The notes: generated by a model not told the origin, from the letters alone. A DNA stretch of 64,000 bases from Tolypothrix carrinoi HA7290-LM1 (GCA_019358935.1 JAHHIK010000018.1:30591-94590), one strand, 5' to 3'; counted from the first letter of the stretch, positions 11,214 through 20,369 are shown. Made by a program: numbers and translations.

Positions 11214-11434
11214 GAGTTTCGAGTTCAAAGGCTCATCGTTCAGGTTCAAAGGCTCAAACTTGACCTTCAGAAGCTCAAACTTGACCTTCAGAAGCTCATC
11301 GTTGACCTTCAGAGGCTCAAAGTTGACCTTCAGAAGCTCATCGTTGACCTTCAGAAGCTCATCGTTGACCTTCAAAGGCTCAAAGTTGACCTTCAGAAGC
11401 TCAAACTTGACCTTCAAAGGCTCATCGTTGACCT
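11214..11434. repeat. 21-bp tandem repeat array, about 10 units (consensus near AAA(C/G)TTGACCTTCAGAAGCTC)
   Basis: Visible in sequence; open in several frames as heptad peptides. Confidence 0.9.
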
Positions 11435-11477
11435 TTATTGACAATACCTTCGCCAAAATCCTACACCCTGGAAGGGT

Positions 11478-11575
11478 GCAGCTATACGAACAAAGGCTGC
11501 CTCCGCAGCCTATAAAGATTTCAGCCCACGAAGGTGGGCTTTGTTCGTATAGCCCCAGGCTTATAGCCTGTGGGC
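11478..11575. repeat. Cruciform REP-like palindrome
   Basis: gctatacgaacaaag...ctttgttcgtatagc arms with an inner agcccacgaaggtgggct hairpin; related copy at 16796-16900. Confidence 0.75.
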
Positions 11576-11654
11576 ATTTTTTTAATGCTGCTGGTGTTAT
11601 ACGCAACGCTATTGAATTTTGATATTAAAAGCTTGATAATAGCCTCAGCCGCCC

Positions 11655-13436
11655 ATGAGCAACAATCCGACTGTGAAGAAAATCTTAATTTTGGCAGCGA
11701 ATCCTAAAAATACAGTCCGCTTGCGGCTAGATCAAGAGGTGCGCGATATTAAGAACGGATTGCAGCTTGCCAAACAACGGGACAATTTTATCTTACAGCA
11801 AGAGGGGGCGGTACGTCCGGAAGATATTCGCCGTGCGGTGTTAGATTTTCATCCAAATATCATTCATTTTTCTGGACATGGTTCGGAAACTGAGGGATTA
11901 TCGTTTGAGGATGAAGTCGGTAAGGAAAAGTTTGTCACGGGAGAAGCGCTGGGGGGATTTTTTCAGCTTTTTGCTAACCATGTAGAGTGTGTGCTGCTAA
12001 ATGCTTGCTATTCCGAAGTCCAAGCTAATGCGATCGCTCAACATATTGATTATGTCATTGGGATGAATCAGGCGATCGCTGATAAAGCTGCACTGCAATT
12101 TTCCGTTGGCTTTTACGATGCTTTAGCACGTTACGACCCGCAGTATGATGGAGATTCGCCGATAGAGTTTGCTTTCAATGTTGCTTGCAGTTCGATTTCA
12201 CTGGCTGGGGTTGGGAGCGCATCTATCCCAGTGCTGATAAAGAATCCTAACCCAAGGAAGAGAAATGAAAGAGGCGATAATCAGCTTCTCGGTCAACTCA
12301 TCGGTGACGTACCAAATTTACCACCGCACTTTTTACCCCGTGAGGAACAACTCAACCCGCTGAAACAGAAGGTGTTAGCAGATACTAATCAACCTGTGGC
12401 TATCACTGCTAAAAGTTGCCATGTCGGTGTGCAAGGCATGGGCGGAATTGGCAAAACTGTACTAGCTACAGCATTAGCGCGGGATGAAGAAGTCAGACGA
12501 GCGTTTCCTGATGGGGTGATTTGGATAACATTCGGACAAACGCCGCAAATTTTAACTTTGCAATCGGATGTAGTGGAAGCGCTGGGGGATAAGCAAGCAT
12601 CGTTTACCGAGATTAATTCGGGAAAAACGCAGTTGCGAAAGTTGTTGACGGATAAAGCTTGTTTGCTGATTTTGGATGATGTCTGGAATTTAAACGACGC
12701 AAGCGCGTTTGACGTGTTAGAAAAACCTTGCCAGATGTTAATTACTACCCGTGATGCGGGGATAATTACAGCGTTGGGAGGTGAAGAATATCAGCTTTCA
12801 ATTTTAAGTGAACAACAGGCTTTAGCTTTGTTGGCAGATTGGGCAAATCAACCTTTAGAGACGTTACCAGCAACAGCACTAGACGTAACGCGAGAATGTG
12901 GGTATTTACCATTAGCATTGTCAATGGTGGGAGCGATGATGCGGGGGAAACCGACAAATCGCTGGCAGAATGTGTTAGAAAAGCTGCGTAGTGCAGACTT
13001 AGACAAGATTCGTCAACAGTTTCCAGATTATCCTTATCCCGATTTACTCAAGGCAATTCAGGTAAGTGTGGAAGCGCTGAAACCAGAAGAGAGAGAAAGA
13101 TATTTAGATTTTGCAGTCTTTGCTGAAGATACACCGATTCCGGAAGCAGTTTTACAGACTTTTTGGGAACCGTTGGGGTTAGATGAGTTTGACACCCAAG
13201 ATGTAATTGATAACTTGGTGAGTAAGTCTCTCGCATCGCGGGATGAAAAGGGAAATTTGAGTTTGCATGACTTGCAGCTTGATTATGTCAGAAAACAGAC
13301 CTCTCCCCCAGCCCCTCCCCTGCGTTCGCGCAGCGTCTCGGAGAGAGGGGAGGGGAGTCTTCCCCCCTTCCCTCCTAGGGAAGGGGGTTGGGGGGTTAGG
13401 TCTGCTTCACAATCGCCTATTAGACGCTTACACTGA
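11655..13436 (+). CDS. CHAT + NB-ARC N-terminal part of the split gene
   Basis: Motifs as above; the C-terminal tail TSPPAPP...RRLH is read from the inserted palindrome. Confidence 0.75.
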   Translation: MSNNPTVKKILILAANPKNTVRLRLDQEVRDIKNGLQLAKQRDNFILQQEGAVRPEDIRRAVLDFHPNIIHFSGHGSETEGLSFEDEVGKEKFVTGEALGGFFQLFANHVECVLLNACYSEVQANAIAQHIDYVIGMNQAIADKAALQFSVGFYDALARYDPQYDGDSPIEFAFNVACSSISLAGVGSASIPVLIKNPNPRKRNERGDNQLLGQLIGDVPNLPPHFLPREEQLNPLKQKVLADTNQPVAITAKSCHVGVQGMGGIGKTVLATALARDEEVRRAFPDGVIWITFGQTPQILTLQSDVVEALGDKQASFTEINSGKTQLRKLLTDKACLLILDDVWNLNDASAFDVLEKPCQMLITTRDAGIITALGGEEYQLSILSEQQALALLADWANQPLETLPATALDVTRECGYLPLALSMVGAMMRGKPTNRWQNVLEKLRSADLDKIRQQFPDYPYPDLLKAIQVSVEALKPEERERYLDFAVFAEDTPIPEAVLQTFWEPLGLDEFDTQDVIDNLVSKSLASRDEKGNLSLHDLQLDYVRKQTSPPAPPLRSRSVSERGEGSLPPFPPREGGWGVRSASQSPIRRLH

Positions 13437-15594
13437 AAAATACCCCGATAGCTGGCATAGCTTAGACAATGACGGCTACATCTTCCAAAATTTAGCACAT
13501 CATTTAATCAAAGCAGGACGCCCAACTGAGTTACAACAGTTATTATTTGACTTTCGCTGGTTGCAAGCCAAGTTAGAGAACAGCAACATAAATGAATTAA
13601 TCGCAGATTATAATTTATTACCTGAAGATGCGAATTTGCAACTGCTGCGACGGACATTATCACTGTCAGGACATGTTCTTGCTAAAGATAAAACACAGCT
13701 AGCAGGGCAATTATGCGGACGTTTGCAGTGTTTCGCAACGTCGGAGATTCAAGAATTGTTGCAACAAGCAAAGCAGAATAAAATCACTTGGTTGCGTCCC
13801 CTGACAGCTAGCTTAACTACCCCAGATGGAAACTTAATCAGAACCATAACTGGTCATAGTTCCTATGTTAATGCGATCGCTTTTTCACCTGATGGCAAAT
13901 ACCTGGTTTCTGGTTCAGTTGATTCCACACTCAAAGTCTGGGATTGGCAAAGTGGGGTTGAAGTGCGTACCATACCGGGTCATAGTTACCCGGTTAATGC
14001 GATCGCTTTTTCACCTGATGGCAAATACCTGGTTTCTGGTTCATCTGACAAGACACTCAAAGTCTGGGATTGGCAAACTGGGGTTGAAGTGCTTACCATA
14101 AGTGGTCATAGTGACTGGGTTAATGCGATCGCTTTTTCACCTGATGGCAAATATGTCATTTCTGGTTCATCTGACTCCACACTCAAAGTCTGGGAGTGGC
14201 AAACAGGAGTTGAAGTGCGTACCATACCGGGTCATACTTCCTGGGTTAATGCGATCGCTTTATCACCTGATGGCAAATACCTGGTTTCTGGTTCAGATGA
14301 TACCACACTCAAAGTCTGGGATTGGCAAACTGGGGTTGAAGTGCTTACCATACCGGGTCATACTTCCAGTGTTTATGCGATCGCTTTATCACCTGATGGC
14401 AAATACCTGGTTTCTGGTTCAGATGATACCACACTCAAAGTCTGGGATTGGCAAACTGGGGTTGAAGTGCTTACCATACCGGGTCATACTTCCAGTGTTT
14501 ATGCGATCGCTTTTTCACCTGATGGCAAATACCTGGTTTCTGGTTCAGGTGACGACACACTCAAAGTCTGGGATTGGCAAACTGGGGTTGAAGTGTGTAC
14601 CATACCGGGTCATACTTCCAGTGTTAATGCGATCGGTTTTTCACCTGATGGCAAATACGTAATTTCTGGTTCCCGTGACTTGACACTCAAAGTCTGGAAT
14701 TGGCAAACTGGGGTTGAAGTGCGTACCATACCGGGTCATAGTCGCTCGGTTAATGCGATCGCTTTTTCACCTGATGGCAAATACGTAATTTCTGGTTCCC
14801 GTGACTTGACACTCAAAGTCTGGGATTGGCAAACTGGGGTTGGAGTGCTTATTATAAGTGGTCATAGTGACTGGGTTAATGCGATCGCTTTTTCACCTGA
14901 TGGCAAATACCTGGTTTCTGGTTCAGATGATACCACACTCAAAGTCTGGAATTGGCAAACTGGGGTTGAAGTGCGTACCATACCAGGTCATAGTCGCTCG
15001 GTTAATGCGATCGCTTTTTCACCTGATGGCAAATACCTGGTTTCTGGTTCATCTGACTCCACGGTGAAAGTTTGGGATTGGCAAACTGGGGTTGAAGTGC
15101 ATACCATAAGTGGTCATAGTGACTGGGTTAATGCGATCGCTTTTTCACCTGATGGCAAATACCTGGTTTCTGGTTCAGATGACTTGATACTCAAAGTCTG
15201 GAATTGGCAAACTGGGGTTGAAGTGCGTACCATAAGTGGTCATAGTTACTCGGTTAATGCGATCGCTTTTTCACCTGATGGCAAATACCTGGTTTCTGGT
15301 TGCCGTGACTCCACGGTGAAAGTCTGGAATTGGCAAACTGGGATTGAAGTGCGTACCTTACAGTGTCATACTGACTCGGTTAATGCGATTGCTTTTTCAC
15401 CTAATGGCAAATACGTCATTTCTAGTTCTCTTGACAACACGGTGAAAGTCTGGAATTGGCAAACTGCGGGAGTAATTGCCACTTTCACAGGTGACAGTGC
15501 AATATTGTGCTGTGCGATCGCACCCGATCGCCTGACAATTGTCGCGGGGGAAAAATCAGGACGAGTGCATTTTTTGCAATTAGAGGGGGTGTGA
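13267..15594 (+). CDS. Helical + WD40 beta-propeller C-terminal part of the split gene (13 highly similar repeats plus a terminal blade)
   Basis: 42-aa / 126-nt units GHxxxVNAIAFSPDGKYLVSGSxDxTLKVWDWQTGVEVxTI. Confidence 0.8.
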   Translation: MTCSLIMSENRPLPQPLPCVRAASRREGRGVFPPSLLGKGVGGLGLLHNRLLDAYTEKYPDSWHSLDNDGYIFQNLAHHLIKAGRPTELQQLLFDFRWLQAKLENSNINELIADYNLLPEDANLQLLRRTLSLSGHVLAKDKTQLAGQLCGRLQCFATSEIQELLQQAKQNKITWLRPLTASLTTPDGNLIRTITGHSSYVNAIAFSPDGKYLVSGSVDSTLKVWDWQSGVEVRTIPGHSYPVNAIAFSPDGKYLVSGSSDKTLKVWDWQTGVEVLTISGHSDWVNAIAFSPDGKYVISGSSDSTLKVWEWQTGVEVRTIPGHTSWVNAIALSPDGKYLVSGSDDTTLKVWDWQTGVEVLTIPGHTSSVYAIALSPDGKYLVSGSDDTTLKVWDWQTGVEVLTIPGHTSSVYAIAFSPDGKYLVSGSGDDTLKVWDWQTGVEVCTIPGHTSSVNAIGFSPDGKYVISGSRDLTLKVWNWQTGVEVRTIPGHSRSVNAIAFSPDGKYVISGSRDLTLKVWDWQTGVGVLIISGHSDWVNAIAFSPDGKYLVSGSDDTTLKVWNWQTGVEVRTIPGHSRSVNAIAFSPDGKYLVSGSSDSTVKVWDWQTGVEVHTISGHSDWVNAIAFSPDGKYLVSGSDDLILKVWNWQTGVEVRTISGHSYSVNAIAFSPDGKYLVSGCRDSTVKVWNWQTGIEVRTLQCHTDSVNAIAFSPNGKYVISSSLDNTVKVWNWQTAGVIATFTGDSAILCCAIAPDRLTIVAGEKSGRVHFLQLEGV
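13299..13401. repeat. 103-nt double-hairpin palindromic element at the frameshift, with a nested GCGTTCGCGCAGCGTCTC unit
   Basis: Closed by (cag)acct...aggt(ctg); inner stems cccctcccct/aggggagggg and ccccccttccct/agggaaggggg. Confidence 0.8.
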
Positions 15595-15605
15595 TGAAGT
15601 ACAAT

Positions 15606-16739
15606 CTAAATCAGACGATTTTTTGAGCGATAAAAGGGACGTTTCACCACAACTGCGGGGTAAGCTTTGCCGCGAATTTCTACTTCTAGCTGCTGACCAA
15701 CACTTGCTAGCTCAGTGGGAACGTAACCAAGGGAGATGGGATAACCAAGTGTAGGTGATAAAGTTCCACTGGTAACTTCCCCCACTACTTTACCTTCAGA
15801 TAATATTTGATAGCCGTGACGAGCAATATTACGTCCTTGCATCTGCAAACCGATCAACCGACGTTGCACCCCATCAGCTTTCTGCTCTTCTAAAATTGAA
15901 CGTCCGATAAAATCACCTTTGCGATCGAGATGAACCAGCCAACCCAAACCCGCTTCTAAAGGTGTGGTGTTTTCATCGATATCTTGTCCATAAAGTGCCA
16001 TTGCCGCTTCTAGTCGCAAAGTGTCTCTCGCACCAAGTCCACAAGGAATGACACCAGCTTGAATCAGATTTTGCCACAACTCCACCCCCACATCTGGATC
16101 TACCATCACCTCAAATCCATCTTCCCCGGTGTAACCTGTGCGGGCAAGAAATGCCGATTTCCCGAATATAGTTGCATCCAAATGACCAAATGCTTTGACT
16201 GTAGTTAATGCTGACACAAATTGCTGAAGAATGCTGCTTGCTTTTGGTCCTTGGACGGCAATTAAGACTTTTTCTGCTGACAAGTCTTGAAATTTCACCT
16301 CTTCAGCGTCCAGGTTTTGCAATAACCATGCTTTGTCTTTGCCTGTGGTTGCGGCATTGACTATAATTACAGCTTTTTGTGTCTTTGTTGTGCTGTCTTC
16401 ACCTTGATAATATACAATGATGTCGTCAATAATTCCCGCTCTTTCATTTAACAAGACGGTGTATTGCGCTTGACCTGGTTGCAAGCGACTCAAATCTGAG
16501 GGAACTAAACGCTGAAGGTGTGAAATTACGCTTTTACCTTCTAAAGTAAACTTACCCATGTGGGAAATATCAAACATTCCCGCTGCATTTCTCACCGCTT
16601 CATGTTCCCGGCTAATACCAGTAAATTGTACAGGCATTTCCCAACCGCCAAAGCTGGTTAATCTTGCTTTCAGTTCGACAGCAAGTTGATATAAAGGAGT
16701 TTGTGCCAGGGTAACGATAATTTCTTCTTGATTAGCCAC
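15606..16739 (-). CDS. gcvT: Aminomethyltransferase (glycine cleavage T protein)
   Basis: FGGWEMPVQF, MFDISHMG, RTGYTGEDGFE, GLGARDTLRLEA. Confidence 0.98.
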   Translation of the reverse strand: MANQEEIIVTLAQTPLYQLAVELKARLTSFGGWEMPVQFTGISREHEAVRNAAGMFDISHMGKFTLEGKSVISHLQRLVPSDLSRLQPGQAQYTVLLNERAGIIDDIIVYYQGEDSTTKTQKAVIIVNAATTGKDKAWLLQNLDAEEVKFQDLSAEKVLIAVQGPKASSILQQFVSALTTVKAFGHLDATIFGKSAFLARTGYTGEDGFEVMVDPDVGVELWQNLIQAGVIPCGLGARDTLRLEAAMALYGQDIDENTTPLEAGLGWLVHLDRKGDFIGRSILEEQKADGVQRRLIGLQMQGRNIARHGYQILSEGKVVGEVTSGTLSPTLGYPISLGYVPTELASVGQQLEVEIRGKAYPAVVVKRPFYRSKNRLI

Positions 16740-16795
16740 AGGTATTTATTGCGATCGCACGTCTATTTTAATATACCCTCACCCTAGAAGGAGCT

Positions 16796-16900
16796 GGCTC
16801 TACGGACGAAGCCCACCTGCGTGGGCTAAGAGGGCGATCGCACGTCAGCTTAGTCCGCGTAGGCGGACTTTGTTTGTGTAGCCGCGACTTCCAGTCGTCA
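16796..16900. repeat. Cruciform REP-like palindrome (same family as 11478-11575)
   Basis: agcccacctgcgtgggct and agtccgcgtaggcggact hairpins within ggctctacggacgaag/ctttgtttgtgtagcc arms. Confidence 0.7.
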
Positions 16901-16901
16901 G

Positions 16902-17200
16902 TTATATCTTAATTTTGAGGAAGAATTCACTGTTTTAGAAGAAATCGAACTTTTAACAGTAGATATCCGAGGTTATGCCAGTCAAATTAAAACACAGGGT
17001 TGGATTGAAAATGAACAACAAGCAATTAATCAATTAAAAGATATGCGACTTTTAGATGTTCCGGCGATCGCTCAATTTTACTTAACAACTAAAAGAGAAT
17101 ACAGACGAATCAAAGCTTATATGCAAATGCTAGATTACTTACGCTTGCTGATTATTGAATATTTGCAACTCAATCAACACTCCCAACCAGAATCAGTTTA
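16902..17200 (+). pseudogene. Protein-like open frame of about 99 codons with no start codon at its 5' end
   Basis: LYLNFEEEFTVLEEIELLTVDIRGYASQIK...YMQMLDYLRLLIIEYLQ...*; in-frame TAG at 16860 inside the palindrome; first ATG is at 17043. Confidence 0.5.
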
Positions 17201-17350
17201 ACTTAAAAACAATATTCAAAACCACCATAAATAACAACAAACAAAATCCCTTGATAAAAAAATTCCCACCAACACCATAATAGGCATTGATGGGGACGTA
17301 GAATTTTCTAATTGTAGTAAACGCGAAGAGCGTTTCTCAACTACTTAGAC

Positions 17351-17809
17351 TTAGTGCCCAGCGCCCATTTCCATTACAATACTACGCATGAAGTCAACGC
17401 GCTTTTCAAAATCCAAGCCTTTGATGGTATCGACAAACTGCTTGGTATTTTCAGGCGGTTGATAATCAGATGGCATTGGTATAATAACGCCTTCTTCCAT
17501 ACCTTGAGACAGTCGCAGCCAAACATCGATTTTAGCGCTAGAAGCCAAAGCATTATATGCACGGCTAATATCACTATCTGCACCACTAGCAATGTCACGC
17601 ATAGCTTGTAGTTGTTGCTGATGATCCATTGCTTTAATGGCGTCATATTCAGCAGCAGCAGTTTCTTGAGCAGAAGTCTGGTTTGCTGGTATTAGTTTTT
17701 CCTTAATATCTAAGTAGCCAAACCACAACACGCCGAGCTGAGTATCTACATCAAAGCCGCGAAACTGTTCTACAGCTTGTTTGGTCTTGTCATCAGTTGC
17801 AAAAGTCAT
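17351..17809 (-). CDS. Helical carotenoid protein (orange carotenoid protein N-terminal domain homolog)
   Basis: DxQLGVLWFGY, QQQLQAMRDIA, ISRAYNAL...KIDVWLRLSQGMEEGVIIPMPSDY, MG terminus. Confidence 0.88.
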   Translation of the reverse strand: MTFATDDKTKQAVEQFRGFDVDTQLGVLWFGYLDIKEKLIPANQTSAQETAAAEYDAIKAMDHQQQLQAMRDIASGADSDISRAYNALASSAKIDVWLRLSQGMEEGVIIPMPSDYQPPENTKQFVDTIKGLDFEKRVDFMRSIVMEMGAGH

Positions 17810-18216
17810 ACAAATAAATCTCCGATTGCTTAAACATTAACCCAGTAACTAAAATTACTAAGCTAAATAAATGCACATTACTTACAGAATCTTATAAATC
17901 ATGGTTTATTCATTAACCCTGCTGTAGACATATATAGTTGTCACAGCTTTTGACAGATGTAAATAATATATCTTTGATTAAAAAGAATTCAGAATTACAG
18001 TCATTTTTAAATGTATAGACCACAGTAATGTGAAAACTGCTGTAAATAAACTACCGATATGAGTTCAAAAGTAAAGCTGCATTGAAGTATTTTACGTATT
18101 TATACGCAAATAAATACATATTTGATGAATTTTTGACAAAGTTGTTTCAGTTGTGACAGGCGATCGCTATATTTTTAGTTAAGCTGTAAGCGCCAAACTA
18201 TGATATGAAGTAAATT

Positions 18217-19044
18217 ATGCACTGGTTGTTATCTGGACCGTTGAGTGTAGAGAAATTGACGGTTAAGATTGCTGGTTTACCCACATCATTACAAAACTTA
18301 AAGCTGGTGCAGATGTCAGATTTTCACTATGATGGTTTGCGGTTGAGTGAAAATATGTTAGATAAAGCGATCGCTCTCAGCAACGAAGCCGAACCAGATT
18401 TAGTATTATTAACCGGCGACTACATCACCACCACCCCAGCACCGATTCACCAACTAGTGCTAAGACTCAAACATTTACAAAGTCGTGCCGGAATATATGC
18501 TATACTAGGAAACCACGATATATGTTATCGCAACTCCAAAGCAGAAGTCACAGCCGCCCTCACAAGTATCGGAATTAACGTATTGTGGAATGAAATCGCC
18601 TATCCGTTAGGAAAAGAATTACCAATAGTAGGATTAAGCGATCGCTACTCACGGGAATTTAATCCTGCACTAGTTATGAACCAACTAGATCCGGCGACAC
18701 CTTGCATTGTATTATCCCACAATCCAGACACAGCCGAGATATTGCAACAATGGCGAGTAGATTTGCAACTATCAGGTCATACTCACGGCGGTCAAATAAT
18801 GATTCCGAAAATGGGTCCCGCGCTGCTTTATCATCGCAAAATCCTGCGAAAAATACCAATGAAAATACGGCGACGAGTTCCATGTTTGCGAAGAGAATAC
18901 TCAGTAGTCCGCCATTGGGAATGGGCGCAAGGATTGCATCAAGTCGGAAAAAATCAATTATACGTCAATCGCGGCTTAGGAACTTATTTCCCAGGACGTT
19001 TATTTTGCCCCCCAGAAGTGACAGTAATTACCTTAGAGGGTTAG
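18217..19044 (+). CDS. Metallophosphoesterase (YkuE/YaeI-like), copy 1
   Basis: SDFH, TGD, LGNHD, LSHNPD, SGHTHGGQ, VNRGLG. Confidence 0.92.
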   Translation: MHWLLSGPLSVEKLTVKIAGLPTSLQNLKLVQMSDFHYDGLRLSENMLDKAIALSNEAEPDLVLLTGDYITTTPAPIHQLVLRLKHLQSRAGIYAILGNHDICYRNSKAEVTAALTSIGINVLWNEIAYPLGKELPIVGLSDRYSREFNPALVMNQLDPATPCIVLSHNPDTAEILQQWRVDLQLSGHTHGGQIMIPKMGPALLYHRKILRKIPMKIRRRVPCLRREYSVVRHWEWAQGLHQVGKNQLYVNRGLGTYFPGRLFCPPEVTVITLEG

Positions 19045-19045
19045 T

Positions 19046-19226
19046 GGATAGTGGGGCATGGGGCATCGGGCATGGGGGAGGCAGTGCGGTCTTGGTGTCG
19101 GACCTGCGTGGAGCATCTGCCGTCATGGGGCATGGGGACTGGAAAAAGAATTATTACCCATTGCCCAATGCCCATTGCCCAATGCCCATTACCCACTAAC
19201 AACTAACCAACAACTATCAACTAACA
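19046..19226. repeat. STRR (GGGCATG / CCCAATG) inverted array with a nested GAGGCAGTGC cassette
   Basis: Visible in sequence. Confidence 0.85.
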
Positions 19227-19278
19227 ATTTAAATTTTGGTAAGCTATAAGCGCTAGTATGAGGAGAATCTCTGGCGCT

Positions 19279-20109
19279 ATGCATTGGTTGTTAACAGGAC
19301 CTTTAAGTATAGATAACCTGACGATAAAGATAGCGGAACTTCCAACATCTTTACAAGGCACAAAACTAGTGCAATTGTCAGATTTTCACTACGATGGTTT
19401 GCGGTTAAGTGAAGAAATGTTAGAAAAAGCGATCGCCTTTAGCAACGAAGCCGAACCGGATTTAGTTGTATTAACCGGCGACTTCGTAACCGACGATCCT
19501 ACCCCAATTCATCAACTAGTACATCGACTCAAACATCTGCAAAGTCGCTGTGGTATTTACGCCGTACTAGGCAACCACGATATACATTACAACAAATCCA
19601 AAACAGAAATTACCACCGCCTTAAATAGCATCGGGATTCATGTTCTTTGGAATGAAATTGCCTATCCCCTAGGAAAAGAATTACCAATAGTAGGACTAGC
19701 CGATTATTGGTCAAGAGAATTTAATCCCGCACCAGTGATGAATCAAATAGATCCTGCAACACCCCGCATCGTTTTATCGCATAATCCAGATACAGCCAAG
19801 ATATTGCAACAATGGCGAGTAGACTTGCAACTATCAGGTCATACCCACGGTGGTCACATCGTCATTCCTGGCATTGGTCCGGTGATAGTTTATTATAAAA
19901 AGCTTCTAAAAATACTTCCCAAAAAACTGCGGCGTTGGGTGCCCATTTTGCGCGGAGACTGTTCTAAAGTAGTGCGATATTGGGAATGGGCGCAAGGTTT
20001 TCATCATGTAGGAGAAAATCAATTATACGTCAATCGCGGCTTAGGAACTTATTTCCCCGGACGCTTATTTTGTCCACCAGAAGTTACTGTAATTACGTTA
20101 ATTAGTTAG
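19279..20109 (+). CDS. Metallophosphoesterase (YkuE/YaeI-like), copy 2 (alternative start 19258)
   Basis: Same motifs as copy 1; starts MHWLL like copy 1. Confidence 0.92.
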   Translation: MHWLLTGPLSIDNLTIKIAELPTSLQGTKLVQLSDFHYDGLRLSEEMLEKAIAFSNEAEPDLVVLTGDFVTDDPTPIHQLVHRLKHLQSRCGIYAVLGNHDIHYNKSKTEITTALNSIGIHVLWNEIAYPLGKELPIVGLADYWSREFNPAPVMNQIDPATPRIVLSHNPDTAKILQQWRVDLQLSGHTHGGHIVIPGIGPVIVYYKKLLKILPKKLRRWVPILRGDCSKVVRYWEWAQGFHHVGENQLYVNRGLGTYFPGRLFCPPEVTVITLIS

Positions 20110-20311
20110 TTGATAGTTGATAGTTGATAGTTGTGAGTTGATAGTTGTGAGTTGATAGTTGTGAGTTGATAGTTGTGAGTTGATAGTTGATAGTTGATAG
20201 TTGTTAATTATTTATTCTTTGCCACTATCCACTATCTACTAACCACGCTCCCACTATCCACGCTTCCACCATCCACTATCCACGCTTCCACCATCCACTA
20301 TCCACTAACTA
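20104..20311. repeat. STRR array (TAGTTGA / CCACTAT)
   Basis: Tandem heptamers in inverted arrangement. Confidence 0.85.
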
Positions 20312-20319
20312 TGATAGAC

Positions 20320-20369
20320 TAAACCGCCCAAAGCTACGATGGATACATATCAGCAGCTTGGGCGGTTTA
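20320..20369. terminator. Stem-loop, probable bidirectional terminator
   Basis: taaaccgcccaaagct...agcttgggcggttta. Confidence 0.6.

Larger units (their letters stand above)
11655..15594 (+). pseudogene. CHAT - NB-ARC (Apaf-1-like STAND ATPase) - WD40 protein, split by a +1 frameshift near 13300-13400
   Basis: CHAT motifs ILILAANP, IIHFSGHG, LLNACYS; Walker A GMGGIGKT; Walker B LLILDDVW; GYLPLAL; LHDLQ. Continuation LLHNRLLDAY...WD40 is in the next frame (ORF 13267-15594). Confidence 0.85.

Noticed and set aside
11214..11434. CRISPR array
   Set aside because: Units are head-to-tail with no unique spacers and there are no cas genes; the same applies to 34716-34937.
13840..15480. Diversity-generating retroelement target
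   Set aside because: No reverse transcriptase or separate template repeat in the window, and variation is not confined to adenines.
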